Positions 12,901 through 26,527 of a stretch of DNA of 64,000 nt are shown here, one piece after another (positions within the stretch are counted from its first letter, which is position 1; every line of letters begins with the position of its first letter). Location: positions 1 through 64,000 of the forward strand of contig CAXHJY010000736.1 in assembly GCA_964016885.1 (NCBI GenBank), written 5' to 3'. This DNA comes from Eledone cirrhosa. Lineage: Eukaryota. The notes below the pieces were generated by a model. The model was not told the DNA's origin, did not search any database, and was given only the letters and a program-made list of their open reading frames with translations. The position numbers were made by a program, and so were the translations under genes.

Positions 12901-14940
12901 AAGTGTTGGTGGGGTGTGACAGATAGTACAAGTGTTGGTGGGGTGTGACAGATAGTGCATGTGTTAGTGGGGTGTAACAGATAGTACAGGTGTTGGTGGG
13001 CTGTAACAGATAGTTCAGGTGTTAGTGGGGTGCGACAGATAGTACAGTTGTTGGTGGGGTGTGACAGATAGTGCCTGTGTTAGTGGGGTGTAACAGATAG
13101 TACAGGTGTTGGTGGGGTGTGACAGATAGTACAGGTGTTAGTGGGGTGTGACAGATAGTACATATGTTGGTGGGGTGTAACAGATAGTACAGGTATTAGT
13201 GGGGTGTGACAGATATTACAGGTGTTGGTGGGGTGTGACAGTACTGGTGTTAGTGGGTTGTGACAGATAGTACAGATGTTGGTGGGGTGTAACTGTTAGT
13301 ATAGGTGTTGGTGGGGTGTGACAGATAGTACAGGTTTTTGTGGGGTGTGACACATAGTGCAGGTGTTGGTGGGGTGTGACAGATATTTTAGGTGTTAGTG
13401 AGTTGTGACAGATATTTTAGGTGTTAGTGAGGTGTGACAGATAGTACAGGTGTTAGTGGGTGTGACAGATAGTTCAGGTGTTGGTGTGGTGTGAGAGATA
13501 GCACAGGTGTTGGTGGGGTGCGACAGATAGTTCTAGTGTTGGTGGGGTGTAACAGATAGTACAGCTGTTAGTGGGGTGTGACAGAAAGTACAGGTGTTAG
13601 TGACGTCTGATAGATAGTACAGGTTTTAGTGGTGTGTGATAGATAGTACAGGTTTTAGTGGGGTGTAACAGATAGTACAGGTGTTAGTGGGGTGTGGCAT
13701 ATAGTACAGGTGTTAGTGGGGTGTGACAGATAGAACAGGTGTTGGTGGGGTGTGACAGATAGAACAGGTGTTGGTGGGGTGTGACAGATAGTACAGGTGT
13801 TGGTGGGGTGTGACAGATAGTACAGGTGTTGGTGGGGTGTGACAGATAGTACAGGTGTTAGTGGGGTGTGACAGAAAGTACAGGTGTTAGTGGGGTGTGA
13901 CAGATAGTACAGGTGTTAGTGACGTCTGATATATAGTACAGGTGTTAGTGGTGTGTGATAGATAGTACAGGTGTTACTGGGGTGTGGCATATAGTACAGG
14001 TGTTAGTGGGGTGTGACAGATAGAACAGGTGTTGGTGGGGTGTGACAGTACAGGTGTTGGTGGGTTGTGACAGATAGTACAGAAGTTGGTGGGTGTAACA
14101 GATAGTACAGTTATTAGTGAGGTGTGACTGATAGTACTGGTGTTAGTGGGGTGTGACAGATAGTACAGGTGTTGGTGGGGTGTGACAGAACAGGTGTTAG
14201 TCGGGTGTGACAGATAGTAGAGGTGTTGGTGGGGTGTAACACATAGTACATGTGTTGGTTGGGTGTGACAGATATTACAGGTGTTGGTGGGGTGTGACAG
14301 ATATTACAGGTGTTGGTGGGGTGTAACAGATATTACAGGTGTTGGTGGGGTGTAACAGATAGTACAGCTGTTAGTGGGATGTGACAGATAGTACAGGTGT
14401 TAGTGGGGTGTGACAGATAGTACAGGTGTTAGTAGGGTGTGACAGATAGTACAGGTGCTGTTGGGGTGTGACAGATATTTTAGGTGTTAGTGAGGTGTGA
14501 CAGATATTTTAGGTGTTAGTGAGCTGTGACAGATATTACAGGTGTTAGTGGGGTGTGACAGATAGTACAGGTGTTGGTGGGGTGTGACAATACAGTTGTT
14601 GTTGGGGTGTGACAGTCAAGGTGTTGGTGGGGTGTGACAGATTATACAGGTGTTAGTGGGGTGACAGATAGTACAGGTGTTGGTGGGGTGTAACACATAG
14701 TACAGGTGTTGGTGGGATGTAACAGATAGTACAGGTGTTGCTGGGGTGTGACAGATAGTACAGTTGTTGGTGGGCTGTAACAGATAGTACAGGTGTTGGT
14801 GGGGTGTGACAGATAGTACAGGTGTTGGTGGGGCGTGACAGATAGTATGGGTGTTGGTGGGGCGTGACAGATAGTACAGGTGTTGGTGTGGTGTGACAGA
14901 TAGTACAGGTGTTGGTTGGGTGTAACTGATAGTACAGGTA
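9919..14940. repeat. 29-bp minisatellite array, consensus CAGATAGTACAGGTGTTGGTGGGGTGTGA
   Basis: About 5 kb of tandem units with TTGGT/TTAGT and GTGAC/GTAAC variants and occasional 25-bp units lacking GATA. G-rich on the + strand. Confidence 0.98.
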
Positions 14941-15079
14941 TTTAATATTATTCAAAATGTTAATAAATGAAAATTATTCTCATAATCAAATATATATTTT
15001 AGTATACTTATTTGAAAGATACAATGGTGTTTAAGTACGTTTTCACTAGACAAAATATAATACTTGATTTGTGACATAC

Positions 15080-15233
15080 CGCTATGGTTTAGATTATTGA
15101 ATTCCAGTATGTGCAGTCAATACTGAGTTCAAATCCCGCCAAGGTTAACTTTGCCTTTCATCTTATGGGATCAATAAAATAAAGTACCACTAATGCACTG
15201 GATAATTACTAGCCTTGTGCCAAAAGTAGAAAC

Positions 15234-15238
<5 letters not shown>
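15080..15238 (+). mobile_element. tRNA-derived SINE copy (left arm of inverted pair)
   Basis: B-box-like GAGTTCAAATCCC at 15125-15137, followed by body GCCTTTCATC..AAAATAAAGTACC..GCCTTGTGCC and an AT-rich tail running into (TA)n. The 5' limit is uncertain. Confidence 0.7.
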
Positions 15239-15288
<50 letters not shown>

Positions 15289-15310
15289 CAAAGATCTTGC
15301 AGAATTTAAT

Positions 15311-15428
15311 AATAATTGTTTCTACTTTTAGGCACAAGGCCAGCAATTACCCAGTGCATTACTGGTACTTTATTTTATCGACCCCGTAAGGATGAAAGGC
15401 AAAGTCAACCTCGGCGGGATTGACTTTA
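15311..15428 (-). mobile_element. 5'-truncated SINE copy of the same family, with 16-bp target-site duplication
   Basis: The reverse complement matches 15126-15238. It is flanked by the direct repeat AGAATTTAATAATAAT at 15301-15316 and 15429-15444. Confidence 0.8.
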
Positions 15429-15740
15429 AGAATTTAATAATAATGCAAAGGAATGTGTAAAGAAATGGGAAACCGTCATATAACCACATGCTTCGAAGAT
15501 ACAAAAAGAAGAAGCAAAGGGATATTTACTTTGTTGGCAGTTCAACAAATATATATATTTATAACTGATTCAAAGCACTCGACAGTTTTTAAGGAGTATA
15601 ATAGCAATGATATTAATAAATGGAAACTATATATATAAATGGTTTTATAAATATATATATATGCTTATATATACAATGATATTAAATAAATGGAAACTGA
15701 ATTTATAAAACCATATTTATTTTATTATATATATTTCTAG

Positions 15741-15889
15741 GGTACCAAGACAACATTGGTAAACCTTCATCAGATAAAGTACAAAGTTTGTTTTATAAAT
15801 ATAGACATACCCATGAAAATCATACCTTATCGGCTGGAAATTCACTGGATAATGGAAATATATCAGGGATTATTCAAACTTATGTGTGA
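15741..15889 (+). CDS. Candidate terminal coding exon (YQDNIGKPSSDKVQSLFYKYRHTHENHTLSAGNSLDNGNISGIIQTYV*)
   Basis: AT-rich tract plus TTTCTAG acceptor (AG at 15739-15740), then 48 open codons to TGA at 15887-15889. ATTAAA at 16005-16010 is followed by a T/GT-rich tract at ~16041-16060. No recognised homology, and a second frame is also open. Confidence 0.3.
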
Positions 15890-18800
15890 ATATGAAAATG
15901 AATATGTAAATAATTGAAAAACAACCGTTTATTACAAACAACCAGTAAACTGTTGAGTGCTCTAAATCAGATATAAACATCTATATTTGTCGGACTTCCA
16001 ACAAATTAAATACCCTTTCTACTTATGCTTATATATATAATTCGTTTTTGAATTTGTTTTGAGAGATTACTTATCTGAAAACGTGTGTTGAAACAGATAT
16101 TGTACTTTGGGAGGGTCATGTTGCCAATAACAAGACACTCCCTGACGGTTTTCACTTCAACTTACTATACGTTTCTGGTTGGTTGGTTGGTTGGGTGGTG
16201 GGTTCAACAACCGGATGGTTGTGTATGTATTGTCAAATATATTTCATACCACATTCTGTAACCTCCTCAGTGACTAGGCTTTTATATTGTGTGTCTCCTT
16301 TGTTCTATCCTACAACATCTTAGTACCACTACCAATGTTTAGTACCACTACCACTGATTAGTAGTAGCACTACTACTGCTTAGTACCACTACCACTGATT
16401 AGTACCATTACCACTGTTTAGTGCCACTACCACTGTTTAGTCCCGCTGCCACTGTTTAGTACCACTACCACTGTTTAGTACCACTACCACTGTTTAGTAC
16501 CACTACCACTGTTTAGTACCACTACTACTGTTTAGTACCACTACTACTGTTTAGTACCACTACCGCTGTTTAGTACCACTACCGCTGTTTAGTAACACTA
16601 CTACTGTTTAGTAACACTACCACTGTTTAGTACCACTACCACTGTTTAGTACCACTACCACTGTTTAGTACCACTACCACTGTTTAGTACCACTACCACT
16701 GTTTAGTACCACTACCACTGTTTAGTACCACTACCACTGTTTAGTACCACTACTACTGTTTAGTACCACTACTACTGTTTAGTAACACTACTACTGTTTA
16801 GTAACACTACTACTGTTTAGTAACACTACTACTGTTTAGTACCACTACCGCTGTTTAGTACCACTACCGCTGTTTAGTACCACTACCACTGTTTAGTACC
16901 ACTACCACTGTTTAGTACCACTACCACTGTTTAGTACCACTACCACTGTTTAGTACCACTACCACTGTTTAGTACCACTATTTAGTCAAACTACCACTGT
17001 TTAGTACCGCTACCACTGTTTAGTACCGCTACCACTGTTTAGTACCACTACCACTGTTTAGTACCACTATTTAGTCAAACTACCACTGTTTAGTACCGCT
17101 ACCACTCTTTAGTACCACTACCACTGTTAAGTACCACTACCACTGTTAAGTACGACTACCACTGTTAAGTACGACTACCACTGTTAAGTAGCACTACCAC
17201 TGTTTAGTCCCTCTACTACTGTTTAGTACCACTACTACTGTTTAGTACCACTACTAATGTTTAGTACTACCACTGTTTAGTACCACTACCACTGATTAGT
17301 ACCACTACCACTGTTTAGTACAACTACTACTGTTTAGTACAACTACTACTGTTTAGTAGTACCACTACCACTGTTTAGTACCCCTAGTACTGTTTAGTAT
17401 GACTACAACTGTTTAGTACCACTACCAGTGTTTAGTACCACTACCAATGTTTAGTACCACTACCAATGTTTAGTACCACTACCAATGTTTAGTACCACTA
17501 CGACTGTTTAGTACCACTACCACTGATTAGTACCACTACTACTGTTTAGTACCACTACTACTGTTTAGTACAACTACTACTGTTTAGTACCACTACCACT
17601 GTTTAGTCCCTCTACTACTGTTTAGTACCACTACTACTGTTTAGTACCACTACTAATGTTTAGTACTACCACTGTTTAGTAACACTACCACTGTTTAGTA
17701 CTACTACTATTGTTTAGTACTACTACTACTGTTTAGTACTACTACTACTGTTTAGTACCACCACCACTGTTTAGTACCACTACCAGTGTTTAGTACCACT
17801 GCCAGTGTTTAGTACCACTACCGCTGTTTAGTACCACTACCGCTGTTTAGTACCACTACCGCTGTTTAGTACCACTACCGCTGTTTAGTACCACTACCAC
17901 TGTTTAGTACCACTACCACTGTTTAATACAACTACGACTTATTAGTAGTACCACTACCACTGTTTGGGTACCACTACTACTGTTTAGTACTACCACTACT
18001 ACTGTTTAGTACCACTACCACTGTTTAGTACCACTACCACTGTTTGGTAGTACCACTACTACTGTTTAGTACCACTACTACTATTTAGTAGTACCACTAC
18101 TACTATTTAGTAGTACCACTACTACTGTTTTGTACCACTACCACTGTTTAGTACCACTATGACTGTTTAATACCACTACCACTGTTTAGTACCACTACCA
18201 CTGTTTAGTACCACTACCACTGTTTAGTACCAATACAACTGTTTAGTACCACTACCACTGATTAGTACCTCTACCACTGATTAGTACCTCTACCACTGAT
18301 TAGTACCTCTACCACTGTTTAGTACCACTACCACTGTTTAGTACCACTACCTCTGTTTAGTACCACTACTACTGTTTAGTACCACTACTACTGTTTAGTA
18401 CCACTACTACTGTTTAGTACCACTACTACTGTTTAGTACCACTACTACTGTTTAGTACCACTACCACTGTTTAGTAACACTACCACTGTTTAGTACCACT
18501 ACTACTGTTTAGTACTACTACTGCTGTTTAGTACCACTACTACTGTTTAGTACCACTACTACTGTTTAGTACCACCACCACTGTTTAGTACCACCACCAC
18601 TGTTTAGTACCACTACCAGTGTGTAGTACCACTATCAGTGTTTAGTACCACTATCAGTGTTTAGTACCACTATCAGTGTTTAGTACCACTATCAGTGTTT
18701 AGTACCACTATCAGTGTTTAGTACCACTACCGCTGTTTAGTACCACTACCACTGTTTAGTACCACTACCACTGTTTAATACCACTACGACTTATTAGGAG

Positions 18801-21800
18801 TACCACTACCACTGTTTGGGTACCACTACTACTCTTTAGTAGTACCACTACTACTGTTTAGTACCACTACCACTGTTTAGTACCACTACCACTGTTTGGT
18901 AGTACCACTACTACTGTTTAGTAGTACCACTACTATTATTTTGTACCACTACCACTGTTTAGTACCCCTAGTACTGTTTAGTATGACTACAACTGTTTAG
19001 TACCACTACCAGTGTTTAGTACCACTACCAATGTTTAGTACCACTACCAATGTTTAGTACCACTACCAATGTTTAGTACCACTACCAATGTTTAGTACCA
19101 CTACTACTGTTTAGTACCACTACTACTGTTTAGTACAACTACTACTGTTTAGTACCACTACCACTGTTTAGTCCCTCTACTACTGTTTAGTACCACTACT
19201 ACTGTTTAGTACCACTACTAATGTTTAGTACTACCACTGTTTAGTAACACTACCACTGTTTAGTACTACTACTATTGTTTAGTACTACTACTACTGTTTA
19301 GTACTACTACTACTGTTTAGTACCACCACCACTGTTTAGTACCACTACCAGTGTTTAGTACCACTGCCAGTGTTTAGTACCACTACCGCTGTTTAGTACC
19401 ACTACCGCTGTTTAGTACCACTACCGCTGTTTAGTACCACTACCACTGTTTAGTACCACTACCACTGTTTAGTACCACTACCACTGTTTAATACAACTAC
19501 GACTTATTAGTAGTACCACTACCACTGTTTGGGTACCACTACTACTGTTTAGTACTACCACTACTACTGTTTAGTACCACTACCACTGTTTAGTACCACT
19601 ACCACTGTTTGGTAGTACCACTACTACTGTTTAGTACCACTACTACTATTTAGTAGTACCACTACTACTATTTAGTAGTACCACTACTACTGTTTTGTAC
19701 CACTACCACTGTTTAGTACCACTATGACTGTTTAATACCACTACCACTGTTTAGTACCAATACAACTGTTTAGTACCACTACCACTGATTAGTACCTCTA
19801 CCACTGATTAGTACCTCTACCACTGATTAGTACCTCTACCACTGTTTAGTACCACTACCACTGTTTAGTACCACTACCTCTGTTTAGTACCACTACTACT
19901 GTTTAGTACCACTACTACTGTTTAGTACCACTACCACTGTTTAGTAACACTACCACTGTTTAGTACCACTACTACTGTTTAGTACTACTGCTACTGTTTA
20001 GTACCACTACTACTGTTTAGTACCACTACTACTGTTTAGTACCACTACTACTGTTTAGTACCACCACCACTGTTTAGTACCACCACCACTGTTTAGTACC
20101 ACTACCAGTGTGTAGTACCACTATCAGTGTTTAGTACCACTATCAGTGTTTAGTACCACTATCAGTGTTTAGTACCACTATCAGTGTTTAGTACCACTAT
20201 CAGTGTTTAGTACCACTACCGCTGTTTAGTACCACTACCACTGTTTAGTACCACTACCACTGTTTAATACCACTACGACTTATTAGGAGTACCACTACCA
20301 CTGTTTGGGTACCACTACTACTCTTTAGTAGTACCACTACTACTGTTTAGTACCACTACCACTGTTTAGTACCACTACCACTGTTTGGTAGTACCACTAC
20401 TACTGCTTAGTAGTACCACTACTATTATTTTGTACCACTACCACTGTTTAGTACCACTATGACTGTTTAATACCATTACCACTGTTTAGTACCACTACCA
20501 CTGTTTAGTACCAATACAACTGTTTAGTACCACTACCACTGATTAGTACCTCTACCACTGATTAGTACCTCTACCACTGATTAGTACCTCTACCACTGTT
20601 TAGTACCACTACCACAGTTTAATACCACTACCACAGTTTAATACTACTACTACTGTCTAGTACCACTACCACTGTTTAGTACCACTACCACTCATTAGTA
20701 CCACCACTACTGTTTAGTACTACTACTAGTTTAGTACCACTACCAATGTTTAGTACCAGTACCACTGTTTAGTACCACTACCACTTTTTAGTACCACTAC
20801 TGCTGTTTAATATCACTACTACTGTTTAGTACCACTACAACTGTTTAGTACCGCTAGCACTGTTTAGTACCACTACTACTATTTAGTACCACTACTACTA
20901 TTAAGTACCACTACTACTATTTAGTACCACTACTACTATTTAGTACCACTACCACTATTTAGTACCACCAGCACTGTTTAGTACCACTACAATTGTTTAG
21001 TACCACTACTACTGTTTAGTACCACTACTACTGTTTAGTACCACTACTACTGTTTAGTACCACTACACAGTTTAATACCACTACTACTGTCTAGTACCAC
21101 TACCACTATTTAGTAACACTACCACTGTTTAGTAACACTACCACTGTTTAGTACTACTACTACTGTTTAGTACTACTACTGTTTAGTAATACTACTACTG
21201 TTTAGTACTACTACTACTGTTTAGTACCACTACTACTGTTTAGTACCACTACTACTGTCTAGTACCAGTACCACTGTTTAGTACCACTACCACTGTTTAG
21301 TAACACTACCACTGTTTAGTACTACTACTACTGTTTAGTACTACTACTACTGTTTAGTACTACTACTACTGTTTAGTACCACTACCACAGTTTAATACCA
21401 CTACTACTGTCTAGTACCACTACCACTTTTTAGTACCACTACCACTTTTTAGTACCACTACCACTGTTTAGTACCACTACCACTGTTTAGTACCACTACC
21501 ATTGTTTAGTACCACTACCACTGTTTAACCCCACTAATACTGTTTAACACCACTATCACTTTTTAGTACCACTACCACTGTTTAGTAGTACCACTACTAC
21601 TGTTTAGTAGTACCACTATGGCTGTTTATTACTTCTACTACTGTTTAGTAGTACCACTATCACTGTTTTGTACCACTACTACCACTGTTTAGTACCACTA
21701 CTACTGTTTAGTACCACTACTACTGTTTAGTAGTACCACTACTACTGTTTAGTACCACTACCACTGTTTAGTACCTCTACCACAGTTTAGTAAAACTATC

Positions 21801-24800
21801 ACTGTTTAGTACCACTACCACTGGTTAGTAGTACAACTACCACTGATTAGTAGTACCACTACCACAGTTTAGTACCACTACTACTGTTTAGTACCACTAC
21901 TACTCATTAGTACCACTACCACTCATTAGTACCACTACCACTGATTACTACCACTACCACTGTTTAGTACCACAACTACTGTTTAGTAACACTACCTCTT
22001 TTTAGTACCACTACCACTGTTTAGTAGTACCGCCGTTTAGAACAATTACTAGTGTTTAGTATGACTACTACTGTTTAGTATCACTACTACTGTTTAGTAC
22101 AACTACTACTATTTAGTACCACTACCACTGTTTAGTAGGACTACCACTCTTTAGTACCACTACTACTGTTGAGTACCACTACCACTGTTTAGTACCATTA
22201 CTACTGTTTAGTAATACCACTACTACTGTTTAGTACCACTACACAGTTTAATACCACTACTACTGTCTAGTACCACTACCACTATTTAGTAACACTACCA
22301 CTGTTTAGTAACACTACCACTGTTTAGTACTACTACTACTGTTTAGTACTACTACTGTTTAGTAATACTACTACTGTTTAGTACTACTACTACTGTTTAG
22401 TACCACTACTACTGTTTAGTACCACTACTACTGTCTAGTACCAGTACCACTGTTTAGTACCACTACCACTGTTTAGTAACACTACCACTGTTTAGTACTA
22501 CTACTACTGTTTAGTACTACTACTACTGTTTAGTACTACTACTACTGTTTAGTACCACTACCACAGTTTAATACCACTACTACTGTCTAGTACCACTACC
22601 ACTTTTTAGTACCACTACCACTTTTTAGTACCACTACCACTGTTTAGTACCACTACCACTGTTTAGTACCACTACCATTGTTTAGTACCACTACCACTGT
22701 TTAACCCCACTAATACTGTTTAACACCACTATCACTTTTTAGTACCACTACCACTGTTTAGTAGTACCACTACTACTGTTTAGTAGTACCACTATGGCTG
22801 TTTATTACTTCTACTACTGTTTAGTAGTACCACTATCACTGTTTTGTACCACTACTACCACTGTTTAGTACCACTACTACTGTTTAGTACCACTACTACT
22901 GTTTAGTAGTACCACTACTACTGTTTAGTACCACTACCACTGTTTAGTACCTCTACCACAGTTTAGTAAAACTATCACTGTTTAGTACCACTACCACTGG
23001 TTAGTAGTACAACTACCACTGATTAGTAGTACCACTACCACAGTTTAGTACCACTACTACTGTTTAGTACCACTACTACTCATTAGTACCACTACCACTC
23101 ATTAGTACCACTACCACTGATTACTACCACTACCACTGTTTAGTACCACAACTACTGTTTAGTAACACTACCTCTTTTTAGTACCACTACCACTGTTTAG
23201 TAGTACCGCCGTTTAGAACAATTACTAGTGTTTAGTATGACTACTACTGTTTAGTATCACTACTACTGTTTAGTACAACTACTACTATTTAGTACCACTA
23301 CCACTGTTTAGTAGGACTACCACTCTTTAGTACCACTACTACTGTTGAGTACCACTACCACTGTTTAGTACCATTACTACTGTTTAGTAATACCACTACT
23401 ACTGTTTAGTACCACTACCACAGTTTAGTACCACTACCACAGTTTAGTACCACTACTACTGTTTAGTACAACTACTACTGTTTAGTACCACTACCACTGT
23501 TTAGTACCACTACCACTGTTTAGTACCACAACCACTGTTTACTACCACTACCACTGTTTAGTAGTACCACTACCACTGTTTAGTAGTACCACTACTACTG
23601 TTTAGTACCACTACCACTGTTTGGTACCACTACCACTGTTTAGTACCACTACCACTGTTTAGTAGTACCACTACTACTGTTTAGTACCACTACTACTGTT
23701 TAGTAGTACCACTACTACTGTTTAGTACCACTACTACTGTTTAGTAGTACCACTACTACTGTTTAGTAACACTACTACTATTTAGTAGTACCACTACTAC
23801 TGTTTAGTAGTACCACTACTATTGTTTAGTACCACTACCACTGTTTAGTACCACTATGACTCTTTAGTACCACTACCACTGATTAGTACCACTACCACTT
23901 TAGTACCACTACCACTGTTAAGTACCACTACCACTGTTTAGTACCACTACCACTGATTATTACCACTACTACTGTTTAGTAACACTACCACTGTTTAGTA
24001 ACACTTACTGTTTATTACCACTACTACTGTTTAGTAACACTACTACTGATTAGTACCACTACCACTGATTACTACCACTACCACTGTTTAGTAACACTAC
24101 CACTTTTTAGTACCACTACTACTGTTTAGTACCACTACCACTGTTTAGTAGTACTACCACTGTTTACTAGTACCACTACCACTGTTTAGTACCACTACCA
24201 ATGTTTAGTACCACTACCACTGTTTAGTATCAATTCTACTGTTTAGTACCACTACTACTGTTTAGTACCACTACTACTGTTTAATACCACTACCACTGTT
24301 TAGTAGTACCACCGTTTAGTACAACTAGTAGTGTTTAGTATCACTACTACTGTTTAGTGTCAGTCCTACTGTTTAGTACCAGTACTACTATTTAGTACCA
24401 GTACTACTGTTTAGTACCAGTACTACTGTTTAGTACCAGTACTACTGTTTAGTACCAGTACTACTGTTTAGTACCACTACCACTGTTTAGTACCACTACC
24501 ACTGTTTAGTAACACTAACACTGTTTAGTAACACCACTAGTACTGTTTAGTACCATTACTTCTGTTTAGTACCACTACCACTTTTTAGTACCACTACCAC
24601 TGTTTAGTAGTACCACTACTACTGTTTAGTAACACTATTACTGTTTAGTACCACTACTACTGTATAGTACCACTGTCACTGTTTAGTAGTACCACTGTCA
24701 CTGTTTAGTAGTACCACTATGGCAGTTTAGTACTTCTACTACCACTGATTAGTAGTACCACTACCATAGTTTAGTACCACTACTACTGTTTAGTACCACT

Positions 24801-26351
24801 ACAACTGTTTAGTACCACTACTACTGTTTAGTGCCACCACCACTGTTTATTACCATTACTATTTTTTAGTACCACTACCACTGTTTAGTACCACTGCTAC
24901 TGTTTAGTACCACTGCTAGTTTAGTACTACTACCACGACTGTTTAGTACCACTACTACTGTTTAGTAAACTACTACTGTTTAGTAACACTACTACTGTTT
25001 AGTAACACTACTACTGTTTAGTAACACTACTACTGTTTAGTAACACTACTACTGTTTAGTAACACTACTACTGTTTATTACCACTACCATTGTTTAGTAC
25101 CACTACCAGAATTTAGTACCACTAGCACTGTTTAGTACCACCACCAGTTTATTACCATTACTACTGTTTAGTACCATTACCACTGTTTAGTACCACTACT
25201 ACTGTTTAGTACCACTACTACTGTTTATTTGCACTACCAATGTTTAGTGCCACTACCACTGTTTAATACCACTACCAGAGTTTAGTATCACTACCACTGT
25301 TTAGTGTCACTACTACTGTTTAGTACAACTACCACTGTTTAGTACAACTACCACTGTTTAGTACCACTACCATTGTTTATTACCATTACTACTGTTTAGT
25401 ACAACTACCACTGTTTAGTACCACTACCCCTGATTAGTAGCACCACTACTGCTGTTTAGAACCACTAGCATTGTTTAGTACCACTATCACTGATTAGTAG
25501 TACCACTACCACTGTTTAGTACCACTACTACTGTTTAGTACCACTAAATCTGTTTAGTACCACTACCACTGTTCAGTATCATTACCACTATTTAGTACCA
25601 CTACTACTGTTTATTACCACTACTACTGTTTAGTAGTACCACCGTTTAGTACAACCACCACTGTTTAGTACCACTACCGCTGTTTAGTACCACTACCGCT
25701 GTTTAGTACCACTACCACTGTTTAGTACCACTACCATTGTTTAATATCACTACTACTGTTTAGTACAACTACCACTGTTTAGTACCACTACCATTGTTTA
25801 GTACCACCACTACTGTTTAGTACCACTACCATTGTTTAGTACCACTACCACTGATTAGGAGCACCACTACCACTGTTTAGTAGCACCACTACCACTGTTT
25901 AATACCACTACAACAGTTTAGTACCACTACTACTGTTTAGTAGTACTACCACTCATTAGTACCACTAGCATTGTTTAGTACCACTACCATTGGTTAGTAG
26001 TACAACTACCACTGATTAGTAGCACCACTACCACTTTTTCGTAGCACCAGTACTACTGTTTAGTACCACTACTACTGTTTAGTACCACTACTACTGTTTT
26101 GTACCACTACTACTGTTTTGTACCACTACTACTGTTTAGTACCACTACTACTGTTTAGTACCACTACTACTGTTTAGTACCACTACTACTGTTTAGTACC
26201 ACTACCACTGTTTAGTACCACTACTATTGTTTAGTACCACTACCACTGTTTAGTACCACTACCACTGTTTAGTACCACTACTACTGTTTAGTACCACTAC
26301 TACTGTTTAGTACCACTACTACTGTTTTGTACCACTACTACTATTAGTACT

Positions 26352-26527
26352 ATATCGGTGTACTGGTGTGTATGAATGTAACAAAGACGATTAGGTTTGT
26401 GTGTAGAATATTTAATCAACAATTTGTGGATATATAGAACAGTATAGTTGCCATGTCAAAGAAATAGATGAAAGAATGAAGCAGAGTTATTAGTTACTGT
26501 TTGATTGCCAGACGAACGTGGCAACTA
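26352..26527. other. Unique non-satellite island, copy 1
   Basis: ATATCGGTGTACTGGTGTGTATGAATG...GACGAACGTGGCAACTA embedded in the satellite; repeated 3954 bp downstream. Confidence 0.95.

Noticed and set aside
9894-14955. Repetitive minus-strand ORFs (TPHQHLYYLSHPTNTCTICH..) resembling zinc-finger or mucin repeats
   Set aside because: The 29-bp unit is not a multiple of 3, so the peptide cycles through frames and is broken by frequent stops.
15453-15638. 61-aa ORF in the unique island between satellites
   Set aside because: No motif, it ends in AT-rich low-complexity sequence, and it has no convincing splice donor.
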